64,000 bases of DNA from Mytilus edulis (GCF_963676685.1 NC_092347.1:2728001-2792000); one strand, 5' to 3'. Positions 29,101 through 42,499 are shown, numbered from the stretch's first letter. Notes: generated by a model not told the origin, from the sequence alone. Numbers and translations are program-made.

Positions 29101-32100
29101 CATAACTTTTTGTTTCATTTGTATTCATCTGTCAAATGTGTGTGTTCTGCAAGGTTCAGCAGTCCTTACCCTTTCATTTGATATATGTATCTTTATTACT
29201 TACCAAAAATGATTCTGCATATAATATAGTTTGATTTAATCACGTAAGAACTACTAAAATTTTTAAATACGTACTTCTTTCCTTTTTGATCGCACCCGTA
29301 ATGGTTGGTGTAACATCTTACGAAGTCTATTCATTTTTTTTGGCAAACTATTTCGCTCTGGCTGTTGCTAGTGGTCGTCTTACACGTGCAGTGCTGTGAG
29401 ATACTTTTCGTTCCACGTTGAAGGTTTAATGTGACTTACAGCGCTGTTCCTTTGCTTAATTTTTTAATGTGTTTTTTTAATGTGGTTATATTCATTTTCT
29501 GTCACGGATTGATACCCAATATTCTTTTTTGTTTTTCTATGAAAAAAATGTTCCTTTAGAAAACATATTGGTATATTCCAAACTTCGATTTTTTTTTAAT
29601 AACGTAAATGATTTTTAATTTTAGCAAGGAGGTTATTGTGAGATATTCTAACCTAACTAAACGAAAAAGAGAATTGTAATATAAAATCTTACGATTCTAA
29701 AGTTTCTTCGAACAAGATTTGTTATCATATGATATGCTAATTACCCATATCATATTTTAATGACCACATACTGTGCCCATCGTGATCATATAAACCCTAA
29801 TAAATTATAAACATTCGAATGTAAAATTTCGCACGATAGATAATGACAAACAAACGACGGAAATTACATAATAAATCCACAGCGTGTATCTTAATATATT
29901 TGTCAGTACATGGATAACCCGAATAATCCAGTCGTTATATTACGATCACTTCGATCACTCCATTAACCATTTCCTCGAGAAAGTAGTGGATAGGGGCGCT
30001 GAATTATTCGAGTTAGCACATGGAGGAAAGATATTCAAAGATTAGGAGCGACGATTCAATATCCATTTGTGTATTGTATTTGTCGTGGTTGAAACGGCAC
30101 CAGGAACATATCAGGATAGACAACAAAAGTCTGTAAGTATCTATTTTATGTATTTATAAATATTAACATAGATCCTATAAGCCTGTCATGCCTTCTGTTG
30201 ACAAATTTTCTTAACTATGCACTTTTTTAGTAGACCACCGATGTCCTTTTCGAACTAAACGAAACTCTTTGAAAAGACACACCTCAGTCGAATCTTTCTT
30301 CTCAAATGAATGCCTGAATGGTCATCAAATTTATACTTGTTATGGGCAAAAAATGTATTAATTCTGACTGCAAGGAATTTTAAATTGTAAATAATATACA
30401 TTTTATCTCGAGGGAAATGTATACACACTTAGACAACAGTGAATTTTTCATAAATAATATATAATGGTAAAAGTGTAGCATACACATGATATATATCATG
30501 TGTATATCATGTGTATTAACTATTAAACTCTGGAAGAAATATAGTCAAGCATGAATACAAATTAATGGGTCCTATTTGGAAAACAATAATTTTTCTCAGA
30601 AAGGTATCTCTTTCTTCAGAGGTTTATATGAAACTTTGATGTCTGTTGTGCAGTGATGGTTTTTTTCTTTCTCCGACGCCTGTATGCGAGACATAGTAGG
30701 TATTGCAACCCGTCTGACAGTTCTCAATTGACTGCGACCTCATTTTTATGGTTCATTGGACAATTTTTAGTTGTGTGGTTGGGTCAATTTTTCGGGCATT
30801 ATAAGCAATAGGTCAATAATATGTAGTGTATGGAACAACCATGACAACTGTGGTGTCATGTCTATCTGTCGGGGTTAACATGACCTTAACCTAATTGTTT
30901 GATGATAAGATGTTGTATTAAGATCTGATTCTCAGGTACTATTAGCAACACCAGAACACACCCACAAAATCGCGGTCATATACAGCTTGTGAACTGGGAT
31001 GATTTTTTTGTATTAAAAAGATATTATGTATGGAGAATTTCATAAAAAGGTATCAAAAGCCCTCTCCCTTTTTTCAAAGTCTGATATTTGTTTCCTTTCT
31101 GTTAAATTCAATAGTTTTTGTGTCTCTGGTCTCAGACCACATGCAATTATTCTTCTCCTTTGCTACAATGCATCTTTTGGTAAACTTTGCACCGCTCCAA
31201 ACATGAAATAAATGTAACTGCTTATATTTAGACCATATTAGTCTAATAAAATATGCTTCTATGACAATCCATCAGTGCTTTTTCTTTTGAGGGCATTATT
31301 AACATGCCAATGGTAGGATATGAATCTTGTATATATGACTGACCGACTAAGGCTAATTTGAGGGGTGGTCGGAGGGGTCCTGATCCCGAAATCCCGGGCT
31401 TAAAAACATGAAATCCCGAGATGCAGAATTTAAAGAAGTTCATATCCCGAAATCGAAAAATATATTCCCGGATCCCGCAAGGGTCAATCCCCAAATCCCG
31501 AGGTCCCGAAAAAGTCCTGATTCCCTCTTATCCCTACCCTACTTTCTTTTTTGCCAACTCACTACTTTCAATTTCAACAATAAATTTTATGCCCCTTTTT
31601 TTGGCATTGTGTTTTCCAGTCTGCGAATCTGTGCGTTCGTTCGTTTGTTCGTCCTTCCGTCTGTCCCGCTGCAGGTTAAGGTTTTTGATAAGTAAGAAAA
31701 AGGCGAGACATTTGCACTCATATTTTGGTAATAAAATGTGTAAAGTGTTGACAAAAGTACATGTACCTAAATTTCAATATATTTTTGTATCAGAGTGCCG
31801 AAGGCGCATCTTTAACATTTTGAGAGGAAAATGGATATTTTGTTGAAGGGGGGAATGTGTTGGGTACATTACTTATACTTTTACCTGAGGAAGCTGCTGT
31901 TCTTTTTGAAACATGTCTTACTTGTTTTCTGGTATGTTGAATGCGGTAGGTAAAAGTATTGTCAACACCAGTCCTGTGTTTTGTTTAAAACTTAATGAAA
32001 CCTGTTTTTAATTGTAATTTGTGTCTTCAGTTCGCTGTCTCCTAGGCATGAAACATTCATCTGTTTTAAGACTCTATGATTGATTGATTGATTGATCATG

Positions 32101-35100
32101 ACTGGCTGAATGTGCAATGGCAAATATTACATGCATATTCAGGAAGTTGGGAACGATTCATGCCAATCCTGATAAAAAATAAAGAAATATGCCTGAAGAA
32201 AAACAATAACAGAGTAAGTGTTCCTGCATTTTAACTTCAAATATTTCTTGTAGAGTGAGAAAAATGTTATGAAACACCAGCAAAAAAGATTAGATTGTTA
32301 TTCAGTCCTGACTTATACAGTGTTTCTGAAGATGGAGATTAGGTATGCAATAATGAGTTTTTAATTTGATAGAGTGTTGACTTTTAAATTGTAAAAGTTT
32401 AATGAGTTACTGTACGTTAATCCCTTTATTGTATAAAAATTCAACAATTGCTGTTCAAGTGCATAGCATAGCCATCTTTATCTTGCTGTACATGTATCCA
32501 GAGGCAATATATATATATATAAGAAGATGTGGTATGGGTGCCAATGAGACAACTCTCCATCCAAGTCACAATTTATTAAAGTAAATCATCATAGGTCAAA
32601 GTACGGACTTCAACACGGAGCAAGACTGTTATTAATGACAATTAAGAGAGTGAATAATATTATATAAACAAAATAGACATCATAATTAAAAGAAAGACAG
32701 ACAGTTTCTTCATCAAATATAATAAATTTTGGTATGATAACTAAAAATGTTTGAAATTGTTTTGAATTTGTCGTTACTTCTTTCAGATCAGGCCTATCCA
32801 GAAGCAAGAAAAAGAACAATTCATAGCACGTACATCTACAGAGAGAGACATGTTTTAAAAAACAGATTTATTTTCAATTTTAGAAAAATCTGTTGAACTT
32901 TTACTATTTCTTATCTGTTTATTTACATTTATATGTTGATATTTTGTTTTTTAAAATTGCTGCACAGTAATTGTATTCAGTCCCATATAACAAAATCAGC
33001 TAAAGAAATTGATATTTTCATATTTCAAGGGAGTGTCCTTTTGCATTGTTGATAGCAGATATAAGTATTGTCTTAAGTTGGGTTTAAAAACAGTCAGATC
33101 GCAACTTCAAATAATATACATTTTTATGAATGTTATATGTCATTAAATAGACATGAAAGATGGAAAATTATATAGGAACTCATTTTTTATGACCTAAATG
33201 TATTGTCAAGGTAAATTTCTTATTTGAACATATTATCAAAAACACTGCTGGTTTAAAATAAAATTATTCTATGTAGCCTAATGTAATCATACAGATCAGT
33301 ATATTTTTTCCTAAACAAATTTTACATATTTTTATAACCAGAATAAATTTATTCTGTTTCTCAACCTTAACATAATTACTGTACTATCAAAATACATTTA
33401 TTTTATATATCATAATACTTTTAATCCACATTGAATGTAGAATAAATTTATTCTGTGTCGCCTCCTTAATATGATAACTGTACTTTCAGAATAAATTTAT
33501 TTTATATATTATTATACAAGACAAAAATCACATTGAACATAGAATAAATTTATTCTGTGTCTCAACCTCACCATACAGATTACATTACTTTCAAAATAAA
33601 TTTATTTTATATATTATTATAATCATAAATGACATTAAATGTGAAATAAATTTATTCTGTATCACAGCCTCGCCATACAGATTACTGGACTTTCAAAATA
33701 AATTTATTTTAAATATTGTTATAATCATAAATGACATTAAATGTAGAATAAATTTATTCTATGATTTTCTCTAACTGATAATAATATCAAGGCTCTTTAT
33801 AATAAATTTATTTTATAAATGATTAAATACAGAAAGCACCATGCATTTAGAATAAATTTATTCTAAGTTGCATCATTTACGGAGAGTTAAATGAAAATGG
33901 ACAGTAAAGTGTAGAATTCAGTATAAATTTATTTTGAAATGTATCAAATAAATACTAATATAACAGAATTGTCTTTGTTTTTCATGATTTTTACTCAAAT
34001 ACATTGGTTATAGAATAAATTTATTACGTTCTGGTCCTATTTTTGCCTCTAATTGCACTTGTCAGAAATTAGAGTGAAAAAAGAGGAAAATTGTTTTTTT
34101 CCTTTTTTATTCTGCTCTCTGTTTATAGCAGGTTGTGTGCTGCTGCAATTTTCTCAGTATTTACCAGTCCGGTTCTCTCAAATACAGTTGATCGTAAGTA
34201 AAATATACTTTACAAAAAGACACATGCATAACAACTTTGAGCTCTCTGTATATATATAATGTTTTAAAATAATTACCAGAATGAACAACGTTGAAAACGT
34301 AAGATTATCAACCAGTGGACAAACTTGCTGGACATTGTATTTGTTAGAAAAAGAACTCGTTTCGACTACGCAAATTATCAAAAAGTATGTAACTGTTTTG
34401 TAGAGTTAACGTATAATTACGAAAAAGCAATATTTTGCATGCAACAAATCGAAATCTTCAATAAATTACATCGCAAATGACAGTTTACTTGTAAAAAGCG
34501 GCAAAATTCGACAAAAAACATTCTTGCAAGACAATTACCAGAAACCGTGACATTTTTAGTTGTGGTTTGAGTGCTGCCAAAATTCGGTTTCAATATGTCA
34601 TATTTACATGTAAGTACTTTGTGAGCATAATATATGAAAATGAAAATTTATATAAACTTATATTTTAAAGACCTATACATTTTGATAACTTACCATTTTC
34701 CTAAATCTGACCATGATCAAGACTATTTATTTTTGTCAAAAAATACCTTTGGTAGTTACATCAACGCATATTCAGTAATGTTGTTATACTTTATATCATT
34801 CATGCGAATTTTCGCGGATTTTATTCTTTTTCGAAGAGAACAAACACCCCCGCCAAAACTCGGGGAGTTATCAGGTACTCCGGAGGATAAACAGATCCTA
34901 CTCCTCATATGATAACCATCGTGTTGCTGTAGGGCACATGTGAGGATCAAAATGCATTAAAAATAAATATATTCGGTAGCTAATGAGAGTAAATATAATC
35001 TCAGGATTAGATGTAGCATGTCATTTACTAAATACTTGAGTTTATTTGGTCCTCCATATATGTGCGTTTCTGAAAGTTCAATAACTGTCTGAAATGTTCG

Positions 35101-38100
35101 AAACTATATAGAGATATCGGAAAAAATTCAACTATTCTAAAAAACCAAACCTTTCACAATTAAGGAATCAATTTTAGACAAAAAAGACACCAAAATCCAA
35201 ACTGTTTGCTAATCACACATATGATCATATTTATAATAAAACAATTTTTTAACGGATAAAGACGAAAAAATTAAACATCCTTCTATATTCATTAATTTAA
35301 TATACTCATTACCGCTTTTTCAGTACTGTTTAATTCCTACAACTGTGATGAGATGCCGAGGACGGTTTCTCTAGATAAAACCTACACTTTATCATGGTAT
35401 GGTAAGACAAGCCCACATCTGTGTACGTTTAATTTTACTGGTGGTGGTAATGGAGAGTCCTATATAAACATGCAACTTTGTTTTGAGTCTGAGGAGTATG
35501 ACCTACCATCGTATGATGTAAAGCTTATAGTGTCAGACGAATCTCAGAAATGGGTAGGTTTAACTTTTGGTAAATAGAACATGTAGATGTCGGATACTAA
35601 GTATTGGTTTCGGACACATCAAATATTGACATTGATGTACATAGCTTTGATCGTTGTCAATTGAACTTTGATAGATAGTTGTCTCATAGGCACTCCATGA
35701 TATATCCCTACCTATGCATAGGCGATTTGCCAGCTTACATTGTGACAAGACACTCTTAGTTTTAATGTGCGAATTTTATGCGTTTGTTTTTTTCTACATT
35801 TGCTAGAGGTTTAAGGGGAGGGTTGAGATCTCAAAAAACATGTTTAACCCCGTCGCAATGTTTGCGCCTGTCGCAAGCCAGGAGCCTCTTGCCTATGTTA
35901 GTTTTGTATGATTTTTAATCTTAGTTTCTTGTTTATAATTCGGAGTTTAGTATGACGTCCATTATCAATGAACTAGTATACATATTTGTTTAGGGGCCAG
36001 CTTAAGGACGCCTCCGGGGTGCGGGAGTTTCTCTCGGTGCATTGAAGACCTATTGGTGGCCTTCGGCTGTTTTCTGCTCTATGGTCGGGTTGTTTTCTGT
36101 TTGACACATTCCCCATTTCCATTCTCAATTTTATTTACACATTGTAATAGTCAACTGCCTAAAGATGTTTATTTGCTAGACAAAACAGTGTTTGTTTAAA
36201 TGGAAAGAAAATGATTAAGTGTACCTGATCAATACATTCACCTTATTTGATGTACATTGCTGTTGTATATAGTCAGTGCACCAATTACTTCTCCTATATA
36301 TATACAGGTTTATGATGGCTCACAGCAACAGATTGAAAGACAATGTATAGAGAGAGCCTATGAGATAATGTTCAAGATGCAACTAACAAATTATTATACA
36401 GAGTCGTCATGGAAACTAAAACTGAAAATAACAAGTGAAAAACTTACAAATGTAGACGACGGTTGGTATACCATATACAATTAAGAGGGTCAATCAAATG
36501 TACTTGTTTAGTTGATGCTGTTCAGTATCACTTTAAGCGACTTTAGTAATAGAATGATGGCTAGTTTTTATTGGCGGAAAATGCTAAAGTCGGGGTCCTT
36601 GGAAAGAACCGGCGACAGTTGGCAGGAAAACTTTCTTAACTTGTTAATAACTAGTATACTTTTATATCTTCGAAAATCTTACATTTATTTTACACTGTTA
36701 AAACTTACCTGGTAAAGTTGGGTTACAATGTGACAAACCGTTGATACATTGTATAGTTTTTTTATGCCCCACCTACGATAGTAGAGGGGCATTATGTTTT
36801 CTGGTCTGTGCCTCCGTCCGTCTGTCTGTGTGTCTGTTCGTCCGTCTGTGCGTCCGTTCGCTTCAGGTTAAAGTTTTTGGTCAAGGTAGTTTTTGGTGAA
36901 GTTGAAGTCCAATCAACTTGAAACTTAGTACACATATTCCACATGATATGATCTTTCTAATTTTAATGCCAAATTATAGTTTTGACCACAATTTCATGGT
37001 CCACTGAACATAGAAAATGATAGTGCGAAGTTCAGGTTAAAGTTTTTGGTCAAGGTAGTTTTTGATGAAGTTAAAGTTACATCAACTTGAAACTTAGTAC
37101 ACATGTTCCCTATGATATGATCTTTCTAATCTTAATTCCAAATTAAAGTTTGACCCCAATTTCACGGTCCACTGAACATAGAAAATGATAGTGCGAGTGG
37201 GGGCAACCGTGTACTATGGACACATTCTTGTTTAAAACAGATAAAATGACTGCAATATGAAAATACGAGGATATAGTATGGTTGCCGAAGGGACAACTTT
37301 GCACCAAAGAAATTTGACATAGAAGTCAGCATCCGTAGGTCACTGTATGGCTTTAACATGCAAAAAGCTAAATCCAAACCGTATACCAAGTTTTTAAAAG
37401 TTCCGACATGACTAGTAAAAATACAATCCAAACCAAAAAAGAACAAAAACAAACACGATATACAGCAATAGACGACAACCACTGAATAACAGGTGTCTGA
37501 CTGGAACAGTCATATACACAATATGGTGGGGTTAAGCATGTTTGCGGGTGCAAAGCTATCCCCTAACATGGAACCGTGGTGTTACATCACCACAAAGAAA
37601 CACACTATAAAACCAGATGATTAGGACTTGACTCTACACAAGGCACACTGAAAAAAACACCAAAAGAGCTCAGACATAAAGTATCGATAAGACAATACTC
37701 GCGGTAACTAAAAAAAGAAGATGTGGTAAAAAAAACTATGATTGCTACTGAGACAACTCTTATGAGATATCTAGATATTGGAATAAATAGCAAATGGCTT
37801 GCCATAGATTTCCCTTGATAAGGCGGGTTCCTGCGGCCCTTACCTTGAGAGCAGATTCTAAAAGATGCATCACGGTGGCCCCATACTCCATAGGTAGTGT
37901 ACTTGCTGCATTATTTGGTGTAATGACCTTTGACTGTGCATTAAGCACATGTGAATGTACAAGCCTCACAGTATCTAGACCAAAGCTTGCTATCATTCCT
38001 CTGTCCATGACCACCACAACCCCAAAATTTGGCTCCAGCTGCTTGGGTCGTTTCTGAGTATTGCATGTGGCACTCATGGCACTTACTCATATTGCACTCC

Positions 38101-40449
38101 TTGTGACTTTACCCTGCTCTTTCTAAGCAATAAATGATACAGTCTCTTCTAGTGTGCTATCGGTCTTGGAGTCACCTACATATAGCGGGTCAGACATAAT
38201 TTCTGGGTCTGCAATACCTCTTACTAAATTGTCCTTGATTATCTAATCACTTTAAAAAAATATATGGTTGCAAACCATTTCTTTGCATGTTGCTTTAAAC
38301 TGACAGAGTAATGCTTGGCCTCTGAGACTGGCCAACAAAACCTGATATTTGACCCAGGTGATTTAGGCATTCTGTTCAATTTTATGCGTTGGACCAGTAT
38401 GTTTTCTTCTTTGACGGACAGCCTTTTAATAGCATTTAAAAGATCTATCTCTATCGTACTGGCGACATCACCTTGAAGGTCACGCATCATAATGCCTATA
38501 CGAAGATTAGTGTCACAGCAGTAGAAAAGGGCAGTGGACAAGACATTGTCTGTGATGGCCATCCCTGTTTTATACATTTTCCACTGTCTGGTGAATGCCT
38601 ACCATCGATCTTGATCACATCCTGCAGCTATAATAGGAGGGTCTAACTTGTGTGTTGCTGGTTGGGCAAGAGATGGGTGGACTGTTCTGTCATGAATCTG
38701 CAGAGCAGCGGTAAATGCTTCATCCAAAGATTTCCAATTATAGCCGTATACGGGGCACTGTAGAACTGGCATATTGTGAAATTCACCATGTTTCAGCTGT
38801 TAGTTGAGTATCAGTCATAAATGAGAGTCAACATCTTCCTAGGTTTATATCTTTAAGTTTAAGGATGACTGATACCTGAAATGTTTATATACACAGTACA
38901 TAGTAAATGTTAAGTTTCTTATTATAAAACTAACAAACAAACAAAAAATGAATGGGTAATTTCGGAAATTATTGTTCTCACTTTATAGTTATCTTTTTAA
39001 TTCTAAACCACGTCTTAGTCTTACAATGTAATAAGCAAAGTATTTTAAAACTATTTGAAGGCATTATTGAGTTCTTCGATATATATGTTGTAGATTGGAA
39101 TGTGGGAGATTATATACAGAACACAGCCTTAGAAATTTTACCCTTTCTGATTGCTGCTGTTGTATTATTCTGTTGCTTTAGAAATGAAAAGCTGAGAAAC
39201 GGATTTTTTACTCGTATACGAAAACTTCTTAAAATTGGCAGTTCCAGCTCGAGTCAACAATCTACAGATACTCTAAGAGAAGGGTCAAGACGATTATCCA
39301 TCAATGAAAACCGTCTTAACTACGAATCAACGGGTAAAACATTAATTCTTATCATTATTGTCATCACTTGTCAAAATTAGCATTTTTTATATTAGTATAC
39401 ATGTAGCAACATAAGTTACATTTCAAAGCGTAAAAGGTTTTCGCTAAATCTTGCTTTGACTTTTTGTTAGATATTCGGAATCCTCTTGTTTTGTCCATGT
39501 ACTACTATTGAAATTTTTGCCCGCTTACTCCACTTTTCTTTTCATAATTTAATTACAAATCAGATTAAAAGAACACTTTTGAAAATCTTATCAAACCCTT
39601 TCTTCATATTTTTTTTAAAAGTACCATATTATGAATGTTAAATATATATGAAAATTCGATAGAAAATTAATTGTGTATTTCCAAATTTCCATGGGCAAAT
39701 TTGTTATAGCTTTAATACCTAAACAACAAGCACAACCCTACAATTTGCTTCTGTTTTTATTAGTCCCGTCATTTTCAACAGTCTTTTGAAAAGCCTGTTA
39801 TTTTGAAAAATAGTAGCGAAAATCCTCAAGCATATTGTGTGAATGAAATTACTGAAGGAATAGACGTACGTTTTACGTGAATGTGTGTGAAGTATAGAGT
39901 TCAAAACTATACCGGTAATCAAAATATAAGAGCCGGCTAAATAGCTTTAGTTGAAAAGTGCACATTATACAAAACATTGTACAAAACATGCAAATGTACA
40001 ATAGATATATAATACAACAAACTTTACCATTTAATAATGAAAAAAAATATCAAAAGACTACTAAAAATTATTGTATATGTAAGTTTAAGAGATTCGTGTT
40101 TTATTATTGTAAAGATAATTAGAATAACTATGTGAGAAGTGTTTACAGTTGGTTCAAAGAATACTTTGAAATGTTTTCTTTCTAAAGATATTTATCTTTA
40201 TTTATTTATCTTATTGTTATTGTATTTTATTCAGATATAACACATATGCAAGACAACGATTCAAGAACGTCATCAGAATTCTCATTGACGTTTCCATCTG
40301 AACAAGGAGAGTTTGCCACGGGACAATGTGTTCCTTCCGCGCCATACGAATTATTGCCACCTGAACCGCCTTCAAATGGACCACAAGCACCACCTCCAAG
40401 CTACGATGACGTGGTTGGAAAATCGCAAATGAAATCGGGACTTGGATAA
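23176..40449 (+). CDS. Type I membrane protein, paralog B (signal-peptide exon split by the foldback element)
   Basis: Ancestral start 23176-23186 plus 34132-34193 (MYNRLCAAAIFSVFTSPVLSNTVD), then exons 35324-35553 (LSWYGKTSPHLCTFNFTGG...CFES.EYDLP, homologous to paralog A), 36308-36461, 39094-39333 (TM ILPFLIAAVVLFCCF) and 40235-40449 (VPSAPY...PPPSYDDV, TAA). All phases are compatible. A possible replacement first exon at 30020-30132 is in frame. Confidence 0.8.
23187..34128. mobile_element. 10.9-kb foldback-type DNA element with about 0.8-0.9 kb internally repetitive TIRs and CAG target-site duplication
   Basis: Left arm 23187-~24080 is the reverse complement of right arm ~33340-34128 (termini CTATAAAC...GTTTATAG). 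Arms contain 100-bp tandem units with palindromic AATAAATTTATT cores. CAG at 23184-23186 and 34129-34131. Removing the element restores ATG TAT AAC AGG TTG TGT. Confidence 0.85.
24170..26638 (-). pseudogene. Decayed spliced gene or lncRNA inside the foldback element
   Basis: Exon-like blocks with GT/AG ends at 26638-26534 (MTDSGHQK...KKLE|gttagt), 25972-25896 (FFMFKTGIKELETLIASVTK*), about 25135-25000 and about 24376 downward. In-frame stops are present. Confidence 0.35.
36762..37233 (+). mobile_element. Helentron-associated non-autonomous element (HINE/pearl-like), 2 x 169-bp core repeats
   Basis: 5' TTTATGCCCCAC...GGGGCAT, (TCCG/TCTG)n tract, cores at 36864 and 37033, subterminal GTGGGGGCA, 3' hairpin GTGTACTATGGACAC, T-rich flanks. 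Confidence 0.85.
37790..38800 (-). mobile_element. Decayed LTR-retrotransposon gag (Ty3/Gypsy-like) in an intron of paralog B
   Basis: W.AFTRQWKMYKTGM, LFYCCD.NL, DLLNAIKRLSVKEENILV, GIADPEI and TLEETV.FIA, plus frameshifted Cys/His knuckle-like segments near 37850-38020. Multiple stops. Confidence 0.7.
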
Positions 40450-40954
40450 AAATAGAATTTTAACTTTTATCTTGAAAAATTTATTTTATATAATACTTGT
40501 GCAATATAACATTAAGGCTATAACATCTATAGATTTGGGTTACAGTCATTTCCATTTCCAAAGAAAGAACACATACACTTTTGCATTATAGTATTTTCTT
40601 TTTTAGAATTCCGATCTTCCCTTTTCCACAAAAAGTCGATGATCTCTAATTGTAATTTTTCAGTTCTTTCAATTAACGTAAGGTGTATTCCAATTCTAAA
40701 GAAAGAGGTCTTAATGTATTACTAGTAATGTTTCATTTTATTTTTTTTCGCCACAATAAAAAAAAAATCATTGGTTGACTTTAAATTTTCCCTGGCGGAG
40801 TACTAGTATTGCAAAAATGACTTATTTCTGAAACATAGAACACATTATAGACCGCCTTGGTAGTCTCATGAAAGCCTGTTTATCTCGAATGCATGATTTT
40901 TGCGCGAATGTGGCGTAAAGCATTAATCAACAATCTTTCAACCAATCTATCAAG

Positions 40955-41150
40955 CGATTGAAGGAGGTCATAGGTTTCGAATCGAGGCAGGGTCTAACGA
41001 AAGACTACGAAATTGGTATGTGCTGATTTTCTGCTAAGAACTAGGAAGTTAGAGGGAAATCTGGTTGGCTCGTACTGGGACTAATACATTCGGGTAGAGA
41101 GATATATGTCTTCCTGCGGACTGTTACTAGCGCATTACAAGTCCGGCTTA
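40955..41150 (+). mobile_element. Degenerate SINE (Meta-SINE-like central domain)
   Basis: B-box-like GGTTTCGAATC followed by AAAGACTACGAAATTGGTATGTGCTG...CTGCTAAG...CTGGTTGGCTCG...GCGGACTGTT. Confidence 0.55.
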
Positions 41151-42499
41151 TTGTGTATAGATATAAGAAGATGTGGTATAAGTGCCAATGAGACAACTAC
41201 ATCCAAGTCAGTCTATTTCTATTTTTATATTTATGGGGAAAGACATGCTATTACACCTGATGGAAATCGACAATTCATCGTTATGATGGGGAGGGGGCAT
41301 CGGTGTAACAACTTTTAGTATAAAATGACATGAAGAACAAGACATCATCTTCTCTTTTTTAAACTACATGTTCATTAAAAATTCTCTTTAACTGCATGAT
41401 TTATTCACTTCTGAAATAAAAACTCTTTAAATTAGCAAAATATATTCAGCAACCCTCCATTTAAAAAAAGATGCAGATAGCCTCACGGTAGAAAATACGA
41501 ATTAAATACTTCTAGAAAAAATGCACTAGTATTGTCTTTAAACAGTAAAAGATATATTTTTTAACTAATGTTGAAAAAAAAAATGTACTAAATAGTATAC
41601 AGTATGACATTTTTCTGGTTGTTTCACATTTGACATTTGTCAAGAGTAAAACAGTTCATTGTCGATTGAAGTTACCTTTTCGTTATTACTCAGTTTTCTC
41701 CTTAGATCATGTACTTTGGATAACAGCGAAACAATAAATTAAAATGATAGGGAACGATTCTGTCACCTCTTTTAAATCACCAGTCAGTTGACAGACTTTT
41801 TCGAAACACGTGACTGACTTGTTCAAATATGAGTAAAAGTGAAACATTAGCCATATTCTTAAGTATCTGAGAAATTTTTGGGATGTCTAGAAATACTTTC
41901 GCTAGTCATGTCTTGGTGTACAGTGTCAACATGTGAAAATGATACTATTGGGATTTTTTTCTGAATTAACCGTCGTATATTAAGGAACTTCAAATCCAAT
42001 AAAATCACTCAAACGACCGACTTCAAGGTTTTAAGTACACGACAAACTAAATAAACATGAGCATACAGACCTTAAAAGAATATAGCCAACAGCTTGCATT
42101 GCATGATGGAGTTGGGAATGTAGTTTCTTTAACATTATTGCGCATGTACAAAAATAGTAGGGCGTGTTTGTATGCGACACACGTAATGCAACATTAGCTA
42201 GTATGTTTGGTTTAATTATTATTCTTAAATTTAAATCTTATTATTGAAATTACGGGGGCTTTCAAATAAAGAAGATATAAACCAGTAATAGTTTAATTTT
42301 GGCAGCTTGAATTAACATATAAGATACATAAATAAGTATAATTTACACACAAAATATTCATATAATACAATACAAAAGATACACATACGAATAATCTAAA
42401 TAAAGCGGGCCTAAAAGAAATAACAAAATGCGCCAAACAACCCGCCAAAAAAGATTAACAAAAACAAATTGTACACACACGCAAATAGAAGAATTGAAA

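Noticed and set aside
31365-31846. ORFs 31408-31695 and 31421-31846
   Set aside because: They run through an ATCCCG-rich repeat and a degenerate HINE end; not protein-like.
34281-34384. Alternative first coding exon of paralog B (cag|aATGAACAAC...)
   Set aside because: The available donors are phase 2 or 0 and do not fit the phase-1 acceptor at 35324. It also encodes no signal peptide.
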